DNA of 64,000 nucleotides from positions 1,187,303 through 1,251,302 of the forward strand of contig MU057640.1 in assembly GCA_013265495.1 (NCBI GenBank), given 5' to 3'. Shown in pieces: positions 23,601-37,280 of the stretch. The DNA comes from Vicugna vicugna (Eukaryota). Numbering within the stretch: the stretch's first letter is position 1; each line of letters starts with the position of its first letter. The translations under genes and the position numbers were made by a program. Below the pieces are notes generated by a model. The model was given only the letters and a program-made list of their open reading frames with translations. It did no database searches and was not told the origin of the DNA.

Positions 23601-26600
23601 TTGTTGGAGGTTTGGATGTAAGTGGGTGATAGGACACAGCGGAAGATACTGAAGGAAGATTGGTCTGACAGTAAGGTGAGGAAGGAGCTGGAGAGGAGAG
23701 AGCGCTGTTGGCTAGAGCCCCTGACAGTAACTCAGGTGAGATGATGGCGACCTGGGTCAGGTGACAGACATGGGAACAGCAAACAGGAAGGGGAAGAGGG
23801 AAACGCCATGGACTTGGTGGCCACCCCCATGTGGGAGATGGAGATGGTGTCCCGGGAGCAGCACATCCAGGTTCGGAGTGTGTTGATGACCCCTGCGTCT
23901 CAGGAACATCCACATGGAATGGCCTCTAGGGGGTCAGGAGTAGAGACAGATTTAGAGGAGCCCACAGAGGGGCTATTTGAGGAGTGGGCTTCTTGGGAAT
24001 TAGCTCTCAAGGGGAGAAAAATCAAGAGCAAAGAGCTAAAGACCAAACCTTGGAATACGCAGCGTGCAATCCGAGGAAAGGTGAGAAGTCGCCCCGTGCA
24101 GAGCCAGGAGGAAAGGGCATGCGGTCATTCAGGGACCAGCAAAGAAGGGCTGGGGAGTCTTAGGGAGGCACTATGCATGGCTTCCATCAACCACACATCT
24201 ATAGCAGGTGCTGGCTTCCATTTTTATGAGGGGAAGATTCCAGGGGAAATGCTCTGGTTTGGGATTTTCCCCTCCATCCCCTCTTCCCAGTCATTGTTTG
24301 GAGAGCATGGTCTGGTTCAACCATTCAAGTTACCCTTTACTCACCAACTAGCTCCTCCCCGCCAAGGAGGTACATTCTACGGGAACAGGATCTTGATGGA
24401 GGAAGATTTCTCTACACTGTTTCATTCCGATCCAGGAGTCAGCAGGCACCCTGGGGGCTGGGAACGCCTCAGCAGAATTGCGCAGCTGGTTTGGCTTCTT
24501 CTGTGCTCCCATCTCACTACTGTCACGTCCCCCTCTTCCCAGGAGGTGGACCGCTCCACAGAGGTATAAGCATCAAGCTATGTGCACCTTACCTATGGTG
24601 GGAGGCCTGAGGCCACTTAGTAAGGCTTACTTTTCAAGTGCAACCTGGGCAATCTGAGGGACAATCCTGGGAACACACTTGATGGAGCAGGACTCTGGCT
24701 GCTGCTTCCCTGGGCTGCTGGTGGGCATTGCTGCTTGCAAGTGGCCTCACTGTAGATGTTTTGGGCCAGGGCCCAGGGGGTGGCTGGAACTGGACAGTGA
24801 CTGCAGCCAGGCACCCAGCTTTGGAATCATCTCTTCTGGAGACTCTCAGCAGCCTGGGTGAACTTCCTGGACACGAAGCCAGTATCACACATGGAGGTGC
24901 CTTTCTCCTCACTCAGTGAGGAAGGCACAAACTCATCAAAACTACCCTTTCTCTGGGTGAATTCTCAGACTCCCCAGAATTCTTTAGCGTCAACTCCTTA
25001 AATGACTTCTTTGGTTGCCCTGATAGTACTCAAGGGTCATCCGCAAACATCACCCCTTACCCCTGTCCCCCAGCATCCTTGGGCATCTCCTAGGGAGGCA
25101 ATGATGTTAATTTGCCCCTTCTAACACCGGGACTTCCATTCTATTTTCCTCCCACACTGTGAATCAGACTCATATCATCGTCATCCTGACCCTACTCAGC
25201 TTTCTTTAGCCTGGTTGCAAAGGAACCATTTTTCATGAGAAAAATAATAAGCTGAAGATGAGTAGAGGTGGTTTTGCCTTTTGTCACACAGGACTGGTCA
25301 TGGTGTGCTTGCAAGAGGAATTGACTGGGTGACGCCCGGAAGACCTTGGCCTGAAGTGTAGCAGCTTATTCTTCTGGTAAACTCTGTTGTGTCAGGTTTT
25401 GATATGCTTACCAAGTGGTTTGGGAGGTTTTTAGCCAAAGGTTTGCCTCATTTCATTAGGAGGCATTCTATAGCTGGAACAGGTGTTCTTTCTTCCCAAA
25501 TGGATAATTTACTTTTAATTTTGCGCATTGAAAGATAAGTCATTTTCCTTTGTCAGGAAAACTTGTCAGGTTCAGTTGTAGTCTCAGCCGTGACCATGTA
25601 GCAACAGTGTAGAGAGCACTTTTGTTTCCCCGAGGACTGCCGTTTCAACCTAACTCCATTTGCAAAGGGAAGGACAGCCTCCCTTCCTTCACTCGGGAAA
25701 GATCCCCTGGAACGGCAGGCACGTCCTAGTAGTCACATTGGGGTTGGGGTCTGAGAGCACGTCCAGTTCCGCTTTCTCCTGGCACATGGTGGGCACCTGC
25801 TGTATCGCTTGCCTCTAGCTGGCAGCATCTTCAGTGCTGACATTCACGACATTCAAGCCAATTTTCAAGGGCACAGAAACCAGAGAAGCAACACCTTGAA
25901 AATCAAGGCAGATTTGCATGTGTCCCTGTCCGAGTTCCCCAGAAGCAGAGCCCGAGGCAAAGACTTACATGCTACTCCTTATTAAAAAGCACACCCCAGG
26001 GATGTGGGAGTGAGGGGGTGGGGGCCGAGGCAGGGAAGGAGCGAGTGCTGGTGTCAGGTGTGACTAACTGCTCCATCTCCAAGGCTCGCCTTCCAAGGGC
26101 TGCTGTAAACTGCAGCTCAAGGCTGCCTGTCCCTGAAGGAGCATGTATCTGCAGGCTCCATGTCTCACTGGGTGGGCATTCACCCCCGCAGGGCATGAGA
26201 CCCCCACTTTCGGGTCATGCCTCAGCACCCCAGCAGATGTCACAGCAGAGCCGTGGCTCCGCACACACAGGGATCCCCAGGGCAGGAATCTGAAGGCCAG
26301 TAGTGCAAAAGTCCAAGGGGCTGTGGAACTGTGCCCTCCTGAAGGTCCTTGAGTCCTTGAGAAGATGTTTGCTGGAGCAGTCAAGTGGTCAAACGTCCCC
26401 AGGGCAGGTGAGATCAAGAGGACTGGAAATGGTTCGTGAAGTGTATCTAACACAACATACCACACACTGGCTTTCTAGAGCTTTCTCCCATACCTGCAAG
26501 GGTCCCATCCAGCCTTCAGGCTGGCATACCGTTTGAAACAGTATGGTCAACTGGACAATTTTTTTTAAAGGACTCTTATTGGTTTATCAAGGGAGAATCC

Positions 26601-28309
26601 CACATTAGAGTGGAAACACGAAATGGGGCTACTTCTCCTGTGCCTGCTCTCTGCGGGGCTCTGTGGACACTCCCCCTGGAGGAGTGAGCTTCCTCCAGGA
26701 CGGTTCAGTTTAAGCCCATAGCTCTTCGATTGCTTTCAGTTGTCAAAGTCATCTCACTTTAGTCTTGTTCTTTTGAGACTTTCCAGTTCAAATTCAATTC
26801 AAAGCTCCCCATCCTCCCCATCCCACCCCCTACGAAGCCCAGGCTGGGCTGGAATTTGATGGGGGCAAACCCTCCCTGACACACCCCTTCCTCCTTTCCT
26901 GTGCTCTTCCCTCTAGTGTTGGGGTGGGAGGAGAGAACAGGAAAATGGCATTGTCTCCATAAAGACCTAGTGGACATCTGCACCTTCCATGGTTTGTTAA
27001 AATCAGTTCTCTGTGGTCTAGATTTGGATGGGTGCTTGGCTGATAGTCTCAGCAGGTTCCGGTGAGGTGAGACAGTTTCCGGTGAGACAGGGTGTCTAGG
27101 GTCCCTAAAGTGGAGAGATCCCATCTTCAGGATGACCCCCACCGGCAACCTAAGCTATACTCATGAGCGGTCTATGCTCTTTGCTACTTGCTATGATGCT
27201 CCCCAGGGAGCCCTATCCCATCTCATCAAGCCGGGGAGACCCATAATCCTGGAATCTGACGGCACAAGTGGACTCCATTTTCTGGACCTCTAGGAACACT
27301 GGAACATGGAAAGGGACGGCCCTGTTCCCACCTTGCCTGGTCACCTCATCTCTCCCAGGGCTCTTTCCTCAGGCCCAGCCAGAGGAGGAAATATCAGCTG
27401 GCCTTTCTTGAAGACACTCCCAAGTGGTACAAATGAATCTCTCCAGGTCCCGCCCCCTCCTCTTGGAGCTTACTCCCCATCCCCACGAGGAGCACGAGAA
27501 AAATGAGACCTAGCTGTTCTCCATGATATTTTCCTACTTAAAAGACCATTTCTCTCCCTCGAAGCCCCATACTGGGAGATGGTGTGGGAGTTTAGGGTGG
27601 GGTCAGAGGGATGCAGGGAGGTCGGGGTTGGTGGCAGTGTGGGACTTGCAAAAGTATGGCCTCTCGGCGCGTCACTTTGGGAAGTCGCCATCCCCAATAG
27701 CTGGCCCTTCTCTGCACTTACAATGTGGAGAGATGCGAGGTTTTGTTTTCAGCAGGAAAGTGAGTTATCAGTTCCAACCAATACGAGAAAAAACTCCCCT
27801 TTGGCACCCATCTTCATCCTGTTACATAAATATCCCCAGTTGCTGACTTAAATTTTTTTAATATTAGCAGTTCTAGTGCCTTTAGGGTGATTTTGAAGCC
27901 TCTATGAATTTTTGTCTGTTTTTCTGAACATTTTCATGTGTTGGCGAGGGAGTTTCGCTGTTTTTCCCTTAAATGTTTAGTTCATTTTCAGCGAATTATC
28001 CCTGTGTCGGCCATCACATCCAAGTTCAAGCAGAGGACAGACGATGGGAAGGGCAAGGGCCCACGCCACCCCTTTTAAGGAGATGTTCTGGAAGGATCCC
28101 ATAGCCCCTCTGCTAGGGTCAGAACCCAGTCCCAAGGCCCAGGCAGCTCAGGGGAGGCTGGGGGAGGCAGCCCTCTGGCCGAAGGCACTGCTGCCTCAAA
28201 TAACATGATGATGCAGGCAGTTGCAATTCCCCCTACATCCCCGGAGCGCAGAAATTCCAGATCATTCATTCTCTTTCATAGTTTACTTTACTAAGAAAGT
28301 TTCTCAAAT

Positions 28310-28680
28310 TATTCTTCTTATTAAAAAGGCAATGGATGCTCATTAAAAGGGGGAAAAAGACTGAAGGCAACTGTAAAAAAAACCCATATTAGTCCACCCA
28401 TTAGAAACAATCACCAAAGCGTACATCTTCCAGACTTTTTCTGTGTGTCCTTATGTCTTTTCTACGAGAACGGGTTACACATTTTTATCCCTTAGGTCTG
28501 AGTGTTGATAAATAGCTAATCTGGGGGGATAGCAGAGGATTTTCACACCTCTTTGAAACACTACAACATTTCTGAACAATCCACCTGTTGTTGGACATGT
28601 AGTTTATTTCGACTAACTTTCTTTTGCTAAGCATTTAAAATGTTTCCAATTTTTCATTATCAAACACAGTGTACAGACCT
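28310..28680 (-). mobile_element. Ancient L1ME-type 3' fragment
   Basis: acaatccacctgttgttggacatgtagtttatttc...tgtttccaatttttcattatcaaaca. Confidence 0.45.
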
Positions 28681-29839
28681 GAAATAAATTTTTGAAAATT
28701 AATTCAAGTTAAAATATCCAGAGAATATGGGCAGAGGGGGCAGCTCACTGCACTTAAACAAGGCCAGGGAGAGGAGACAAAAATGCCCAAACAATACATT
28801 AAAGGTTGCAAAACCTCCCTCCCCCTCCTAATCTGCCAAAACGATTAATACATGAAAAACATCTGTGCTCAAGAAGCATTTGTTTTTGACCAAAATTATC
28901 TCATTGGCCAAATTACATTCAACCAAACTGCTTTTGCTCAAACTGCTTTCAGCCAATCACCTGAACCTGAGTTAAATCACTGACCTTTCTTGGAGGGCAC
29001 GAGGCGCCCCACTTAACCTGCGCTCTTTTTCTTTAGAGAAGTATTAGGGTGTAGTTGGTAGGATGCACTGCTGTCCTTTCAAGTGAAAAAGAGAAGGTAG
29101 ACTTTTAAGATTTGCCTTTTTATTTCCTCATCCCTTGGGTTATGCGAGATTCCAAAAAAAGTTAGAGCACCTCCCTAGAACATTTAATTACAGATTTCTT
29201 GACGTTCCTCACATGCAGGGAGAGGATGCCCAGCTGACCCACCCAGCCCTGACTTATGAGAAACGAGGAGATTTTCACACACACTCCTTTTGCTTCCTGG
29301 GACAGAGAGAACGCACCACCTCTTTCCTGCCGTTTTCCCTCAGGGTTTCTCTGAAATGAAATCAAACATAACCTCTCGTGCTTGTGTACGTGGATTTGCT
29401 CCTCCAAGGGGCTCTTTCCTTTCAAGGCACTAAAATAATGTCTTGTGGCAATTAGAGCCTGGCTTCTTGGTCTTCATCTACCGTTACATCATTCACTTCA
29501 GCAACAGGGCCCTCTCCAAAAGGCACTGGAAGCCAGCGTAGGGGATAAAAGGGCCAACCTGGTAGCCCCAGAGGAGCTCACGTGAAACGAGTGGGCAGTT
29601 CTGAGCCAAGCATAGCCTGTCTACCCAGCATCCCTGAGGGACTGGGTTCTGCAGAAAAGTCAGTGCCCCCAAGATCTCTGAGAGCACATTTTTAAGCATC
29701 AACATTTTTGTTTCTGTTTTAGTCATTTGAGATGGTCATCTTTTTGAAAGAACAGTTTGTGCTTTCCTGCTTTTTAAACAGAATTTAAAAAATACAATTA
29801 AGCCTTTTCTTGAAAGGGGTCACACCTTATGGAACATCA

Positions 29840-30310
29840 TTTTAAACATTTATTAGGAGCTAATTTTTGTTCCAGGCACTGTGCTAAGGGGATACAAAGA
29901 TAAATAAATAGACAAAAACCCCACTGCGAAGAATTCACAGTCCAATGGGAAAGACAGAGAATTAATCAAATACTTAGAACATTTCCTGATAATTAAATGG
30001 ATTGTGAAAAGGATGGGTTTGGAAACACAGAGAGTAACATCTAACTCTCTCTTACTTTCAGAAAGGGAGATGTTTAGAGAGAAATCAATGTCAAGGATTA
30101 AGAAATGTTTTGCTCGGTTGTGACAAAAATAGTGACAATGATGGAAGAATGTTCCAGACAAAAAGAAGCCCATGCAGAAACAGAGTTTGAGGACATGTTT
30201 GAGAGAACTTCCAATAGTTTAGGAACACCAGAAGGTAGTGTGTATTGGCGAATGGCAGGAATGTGGACCAGGTCTCAGAGGGGCAAGTGCATGCTGGAGG
30301 GTCTAATTAT
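29840..30310 (-). mobile_element. L2, left part, interrupted by a Charlie element
   Basis: aaacatttattaggagctaatttttgttccaggcactgtgctaagggatac...gaatgttccagacaaaaagaagcccatgcagaaacagag. Confidence 0.7.
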
Positions 30311-30319
30311 GACCCGTGA

Positions 30320-31409
30320 CTGCCTCTCCCAGAGATATAATAGATAAGCTTGTGACACTCTTTGAGGATTATAAAAATCTAATGTCATTTACTTGCAGTA
30401 TAAGATGAAATATTTTTGAGTTAGAAAAGATTTTTAGGTTAGTAGATTACTAATTATATTACAAGATTCACTTTTTAATAAATGTTTAATAATATGTACT
30501 TAAAAAGATAAATGTCTTCTTTGTTTTATAAATAGCATACACTCCTTAATTGACCTTATTAATTATGTAAGGAAAAGCGTGGTTTCTTGACCACTGCATT
30601 TACCACTAACATCTTGTATTGTGGGTGTGTTTTGAGACTGAGCACACCTAATATAGAATGATTTTTGACTACATTTTACAGTAGCAAAAATAGATTAAAA
30701 CTGCTTTCATGACCTAACGTTGGAATGCTTGCCTTTGCTATGAAAAAAAAATACCAACTGGTTTATTTTTGAAACATTCATGTTTGTTTCTAAACGATGA
30801 AATTAGCAAAGGGCTTCAGGCTGCTCTTTCCCAGCTCTTCTAGCCAAGAACACTTGATAGGTATTAATGGTCTTGATACCCAATAAACTGGACACCAGAT
30901 TACATGTAACAGTCTTAAGTATCAGAGACCCCTGGATATACTGTATAGCAAGTTTTGTTATACCACTGCAATTTCCAGATCTGATAAAAATCATCTTGAA
31001 GAGATTTAGAGAATGTTCTTTCTTATGCTTTTTCATTCATTTGTTGCATTTCAACCTGAGTACCTAAATGTGTCCCATCTTTAGCCATTTGTCCATTATG
31101 GGTATATATTTTCAAACAATTTAAAATAGTGTAGCAGCTTAAATCTCCCACTGTGGGTATCAGTGGTCCCCTGACATCCCAGCCTAGCAATTGCTTCAAA
31201 GAGAGCTTTTCTTCTCATCTCGTTAACCACGGTACACACCCACTCGGAGAAGAGCAAATGCTTCAGCTCTCACAGGTGGGAATAATTAAGTAATTCTAAT
31301 ATTCATATTTCAAATTCAGAAAAATAGAAACTGAAACAGGAAATCAAAAAACCTTCAAGGGGATAAACCCCCTAGGACATCTGGGACATTCCCTGGTTGG
31401 GAAATACTG
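30320..31409 (-). mobile_element. hAT-Charlie DNA transposon with a decayed transposase N-terminus
   Basis: TIR-like end GTTGGGAAATACTG at 31396-31409; minus-strand translation near 30745-30850 gives WLEELGKSSLKP and, after a frameshift, KHECFKNKPVGIFF, resembling the BED-finger region of Charlie/Buster transposases; left boundary uncertain. Confidence 0.6.
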
Positions 31410-31414
31410 CTACC

Positions 31415-31625
31415 AGTGGATTTTTAAGCATAATTTGGTTTGTATTTTTAAATGATTTCTCTGGCAACAACAGTGGGGACAGATTAAGGAGAGGCAATCT
31501 GGATGTTAAAGAGGCAAGATAAGTGGCTGCTAATGATCCAAGCAAGAAGTAAGAAGTGTCTACACCCGGGCAACAGCAGCAGGCAGTGAATTAGCACAGC
31601 CACATGTCAAGAGCAAAGATTTAGA
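31415..31625 (-). mobile_element. L2, right part, continuing the copy at 29840-30310
   Basis: gatttttaagca...tttgtattttaaatgatttctctggc...gatccaagcaagaag. Confidence 0.55.
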
Positions 31626-31750
31626 AGTTAGAACAGTTCATCTACAATTCTATAAACACTGATCCATGGGGGCCACCTGAGGTGTCCAGTGCTGTTTGTC
31701 CTAAACTAAATGGCCCCCATCTGCTGTGGATACCAACAACCAGGACTACT

Positions 31751-32430
31751 TATTTTTTGTCTTCTAGTTTTGTTGAGATGTAATTGACATGCAAGTTTAG
31801 GGTACACAGCCGACTGGTTTGGCTTACATACATCATGAAATGATTCCCACAGTATGTTTAGTGAACATCCGTCATCTCGTATATACACAAAATTTTTTTA
31901 AAAGAAAAAGTTTTTTCCCTTCTGATGAGAACTCAGGATTTTCTCTCTTAACAACCTGCATATATAACACACAGTGGGTTAATTATATTAGTCATGTTGT
32001 ACATTGTGTCTGTAGTACTTATTTATCTTGTAACTGGAAATTTGTACTTACTCACCACCTACTTCCAATTCCCCAGCCCACCCCCGACTCTGGTTACCTC
32101 AAATCTGATCTCTTTTTCTGTGAGTTTATTTGTGAAGTATAATTGACCTACAACACTATGTTAGTTCCTGGTACACAACACTCAATATTTCTATGTATCA
32201 CAAAATGGACACCACGATAAATCTATTTACCATCTGTCACTGTGCAGTTATTGCATAATTATTAATATTCCCCACACTGTACATTTCATCCCCATGACTC
32301 ATTTATTTTGTAACTGAAAGTTTGTACCTCAGTCTCCCTTACCTATTTCTCTCATCCCTCTACCCGGCTCCCATCTGGCAACCACCTGTTTTTAATCTGT
32401 ATCTATGAAAGTTTATTTTTTTCATTATGT
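31751..32430 (-). mobile_element. L1 3' UTR fragment (L1MA9/laurasiatherian type)
   Basis: ttgagatgtaattgaca...ttataactggaaatttgtac-like motifs, cccatctggcaaccacctg. Confidence 0.8.
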
Positions 32431-32444
32431 TTTTGCCCTTCTTT

Positions 32445-32902
32445 TGTTACCAAAGGCAAGTTCGTGAGGACAAAGTGAAACACCGAAGTTTGGAGCAGAG
32501 AAAGGTTTATTGCAGGGCTGAGCAAGGAGGACAGGGTGGTTTATGCCCAAGAAAACCCCAAACTCCCAGAAAGCTTTCAGCAAAGCATATTTAAAGGCCA
32601 GATAAGGGAGGGGGTGGCAGGGTACTTGATCTGCTCATGCACAGTTCTCTGATTTGTTGACGTTGAGGGAACAGGGAGGTCAATGCTATCAACCCCTAGG
32701 CGCCGGTAGGTCTAGGGGCTATATGCTCTCGATCATCAAGCAGTTAATTTCTTCCCTTTGGTGGTGATTTTAAGCATCTGAAAAACTCAGGAAATATACA
32801 CAGGATACTATTATCTGGGTGCTTCAGAGAGGAGCTGCTGCAGGGGATACGGGGGAGGGGTCTGACCCTGGAAGACCCCCTGGAAGGTCCTGCTTGGTTA
32901 CA
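32445..32902 (-). repeat. 3' LTR of the provirus
   Basis: TGTTAC...GTTACA termini; AATAAA on the minus strand (TTTATT 32506-32511); abuts the PPT. Confidence 0.93.
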
Positions 32903-32920
32903 ATTTCCCCCTTTTCTTTG
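32903..32920 (-). other. Polypurine tract (PPT)
   Basis: Minus strand reads CAAAGAAAAGGGGGAAAT immediately before the LTR TG. Confidence 0.88.
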
Positions 32921-35900
32921 ATTCTCCTCAGTCTTGAGGAGAATGTGTATTGGGCAAGAAGGAAAATAATGCTTTGGACAGAGAGGTTAACCACAAACTC
33001 AGCCGAGGAACCGGGGTTTAGGAGGACTTGGTTTAAATCTCCAATTCTATTTCATCCCTCCCCAGATCTTTCGGGGAATGGGACGATGAATGCTATGGCC
33101 CCTTCCTGCCAAAATGGGGTGCAGTCCTGCCTCAGTTTGGGGGATGGACACCAAATTGAAAATATTCCCAAGTTTCAAGTCCTGGATCCGAGTCTTGCAT
33201 GATTAAGATCCCAGTCCTTTTTGGTGCCGACAGACCCAGTTAGAAATAGTTGGAGGGGTGACAACCAGAACTTTAATAGATAAAATGGATCTCATTCCCT
33301 ATTCTCAGAGGAATTCAGGAGAATGAGCCTGCAAACCAGTCTGGACCTGGCACTTTAGGGGAGACTTGTAGCCAGGTGGCCCACTGTCTGCTTTTATCTA
33401 AGTAGGTTTTAACTTCTGATGTGGTACTGACATATATGAAATAGGAGCTATTGGCCATTACATGTCTCCTTTTTTTCTGCTGACATCTGATCTAAAATAA
33501 TTTTATTGTCTAATATTTAATAGTTACAAGAAGAGACCTTGAAATCATAAGGTTGCAGCTTATGAGAGAATGGATGGTGGCCCATTGAGTATGACACAGC
33601 TCAGAAAATTCAAGTTCTCAATGATACAAGAACACGTCTGAAATCACACCCTGCAATGGCCCCCTAGTTTTACCATGAATGTCTGAGTCGCATCTACTCC
33701 ATTGTGACTTTCAAATGCACTCTCCTCCTCAAGGCCAAAGTAGATGTACAACGCATGTCCAAAAGGCCATAAAACAGGCTGCTTTGGTCAGTAAAGTTTA
33801 AGCGTAAAGTTAAACTCTGTATTAGCCAGAATGATGAGTTCCCCATACCTCAATATATGCAGATTTTTCCATCATTTCCCCTTTTGATTGTGCCAATCCT
33901 TCAATAGAAAGCATTGATGATCAAAATATTCATCCTTCAATGCTGGGGTGATGGCTCCTGCCCCAGGTTCAGCTCATGTCCCTCGGTGCTGGGCCTCGCT
34001 TATATTTGCCTAGTTATCCACGTGGAGGGAAAACTAATCAGATATCGTGAACAGGCTCAGAGGTGTGTCAATGGGGAAAACACATTATCGGCCATTCATT
34101 TTATCATTTACACCCAACTGTTACACAAGCATGTACATGTGCTTTTAGCAACAGACACAGACCAAGCATTGTTGCACAACATCAGTAGTTATCCTCTGTG
34201 ACAGCTCCATTAGAGAATTCTCTTTCTACCCTAAACGCTGGGGGCAACGGTGTGGTTAGAAGTAAAATAATAATACTGATAGGAAGACAAACGTCTGATA
34301 AACAATTCAATTAGAAAAAATGTAGATTAAAAGCCAAAACCAAAATCTCAGACAAAACCCAAAAAACTATAACCATGTTCACCAGTTTACTCAATCCTAT
34401 GTAATTAATCCTTTTTACTAACAGGTTTACAAAATCAGAGTTTTCATTTAACTTTTTATATTTCTTACCCAGTTTGGCAGTCTAATTTAAGAGAGACCTG
34501 TACTTGTCAAAAAGTCCTTTTTATGAATCTTACCAGAGATGAAGCAGTTTTGCAGACCAGCTTAACTGTTTCTGAATAACAAGACTTAAGAAGGCAAGGT
34601 TAAAGATCTGGCTACAACTTTTTTTGACAAAGAAGCTTCAGTTGCTGTGGCCTACAACATTTTAAAATAACTGGACTAGAATTATGGCCAGAACAACTAG
34701 AATTATGACTGATAGCATGATACCAGGACATATCTAAATTTCAGAAACCTTATATAATTTCCAGAACGTCTATGTTAATATCATGCATCCATACCGTATA
34801 ATCTGCTGCGGCTTATTACTCATCTGGCAATGCTGTGTAATTTAACATATCAGTCAATCCTAGTTCATTTAATATTTTTCTCTGAGATGTCTCGGGGGTC
34901 CTCCGAAGCCTCCCAAAGTTAGCCGAAGCCAAAAGAACTTTGATTCGAATTTGATAGGAAGTTTGACAACATCAAAAAGTCTCACACAATCTGTTGTCAG
35001 GAGCATCTGTTAGCACAGCAAGTAAACTTGTTCTCTCAACAGAGAGGAACCAAATCTAGTCCTTCATCAGTCTTCTTTTAATAACAAAACCCACTTATCA
35101 TTTTCTTAAGTTTAATCTCAGCCTGACCACGCACAAAACTCCTTCAGGGGTCCCTTTCTGCAAACTCTTCGCTTCACAAAATGCAATTCCATTCCTTATA
35201 CTTTTCCCTCAAAACATGTATCCTACCTTCCCCCTGTGTACTGAATATTTTCTTTATTATTTCTAGTAGCTTTAATAACATGTTTAAATTAGAATCCTCA
35301 ACTCTTAAAAACCATGCTTTCTAGTGAAAACCAAGAAATAAGCAATTATGAGCTGTCTTTTACGTTAGCATTCTGTAGATTGGCAAACATAAATACCAAT
35401 AATTTCTAAAAAGATGTGCATTTTATAGAATATATCTTAGTGTGGTACCAAACATATTTAATAACAGTCCTAAACCCCTTTAGTTTATCTGTAAAAGGAA
35501 GCCAATGTTCAGTAATGTTCCAGTCTCTTACTTTGTTTGGGAGTGACCTAGCTTTCCAACAAATGTCCATCATTTAACTTAAGTAAGTGCACCTCTAAAA
35601 TTTCAAGTTACCAAATATCTGGAGAGATCATTTTTAAGTAGACATTCCTAAAGCAGAATCATTTCCAAAGAGTTTGCCCAAAAACTCTTATGCTATTTGC
35701 ATTTAATTTACTTATAAGAATTTTGTCGTATCAAGTTAATTGAATTTTCTTCTTTCTGACAAACGCTCCAACAGAAACATCATGGACCTCTTGACCTTCA
35801 GTAAACCTTGGGTACAATAAAAGACATGTCTGTGTTGATTATACCAACAAGCTTAAGCTAGCTTTAATATCAGGTTTTAATTTAATATTTCCTAGATCAC

Positions 35901-37259
35901 ATAAGCCTGAAATTTGTTTTCTAACTTCTTTTATACCTAGAAGTATTTAATTTATAGGTGCTTACTTTTAAGTCAATTAAATAGAGCTCTGTTACATGTT
36001 AATTTTTACGTAAAGACAGAACCAGAGAGCTGTTTTTCTTCCTGAATTTGAAAAAAAAAAAAAAAACCCTTTTTCCTTGAGAGTCCAGGTAGAGCATTTA
36101 CATCTCAAAGGCACAGAAAGAGAAACACAAATTCCTCCTCTAAGGGTTTAGACAAAACCCAATCATCTTGGTTATTTTTAGGGATTTTTTACCCCGGTTC
36201 CCAAATATCCACTCCAGTTTAAAGAAATAACAGTAACAGACAATAATATATATATATATATCATTCACTCATATTTAGATGCCCCACTTTTAGCAAATGT
36301 AGGAAGAGAGAATAGGATTTGGACTCAGGTACCAAGACACTCACACACACACACCCAAGAAGAAAGCCAGACTGCAAAAGGCCCACTTTGATGTCACAGC
36401 AGAAGCATTACAGCCATTGTTCTCCAGATCTCAGGGACTACTGAGGTCACCCAGTGTTACAATAAAAGTATCACTTTCTTTCATTTATAGGAGCATTAGC
36501 TGAAGATCTCCCAATTTTGCAAAACATTCTCTAGGAGGACTATACATAAGGTGGAACAGAGCTCTGATCATCCATACTGAATGACTCACAGCCGATGTTA
36601 ACAAATATCAAGCAAACAATTCAACACGGTCTCTTAAGGTCACAGTTCCCTAGCCCAAAAGGGAAACCCCTAACAATCCAAAAGGGGAGAACCCCAACCA
36701 GTGCCCCATCCCAGACGAAGCTGAATGAAAGACCAAGGCTAGAGAGGGAACATCCTGACCAACGCTCCACCACAGGTGAGGCCAGGGCAATAGGGACGGA
36801 TACCCTGGTGTCATCACGTTCAAGCCCCGTTACTCAAAGATGTCTCAGCTGGCCAATGCAAGTTCTGACACACATGTACAAACAAGTATGGCCCCACAAA
36901 CAAAAGACCAGACAAGGTATAGCCCCAGAATTCCACTTCCACTCCTAAACAGAGGCCTCCAAACAGACGGGTCCACTTCCCAAAAAGAGAATGGATCCAG
37001 AGCGGCTCAAATGGGCCCAAAGCAGCTCGCTTCCTGGTGGGAATGAGCCCAGAAGGAGTGGAGAGGATTCCCAGCCTGCGCGAGCTGGAGCGACTCACCC
37101 CCAGGCGACTCCGAATGAGGACCCATAGCTCCAAACATCCTCGTGCCATTGCCTGTTGGGGAGAGTCCTTCCCAGATCCCCAGAGCCAAGTGAGCTCTGG
37201 CAGCTGCTGGAACCAGGGAAAGGGCTGCGCCTGACTGGGATCTACCTGCCACGGGCGCA

Positions 37260-37280
37260 GACTCCTGCTCTGGCTCACCA
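37260..37280 (-). other. Primer-binding site, tRNA-Arg(ACG) type
   Basis: Plus strand GACTCCTGCTCTGGCTCACCA vs the tRNA-Arg(ACG) 3' end GACTCCTGGCTGGCTCGCCA; lies 4 nt from the 5' LTR. Confidence 0.8.

Noticed and set aside
23380..23913. 177-aa Pro/Ser-rich minus-strand ORF
   Set aside because: Low-complexity product of GC-rich DNA beside the CpG cluster; no recognisable domain.
32436..32444. TSD of the provirus
   Set aside because: Left flank CTTT vs right flank CCCT (37759-37762) match only 2/4; a CCCTT match needs a 4-nt offset, so no TSD is claimed.
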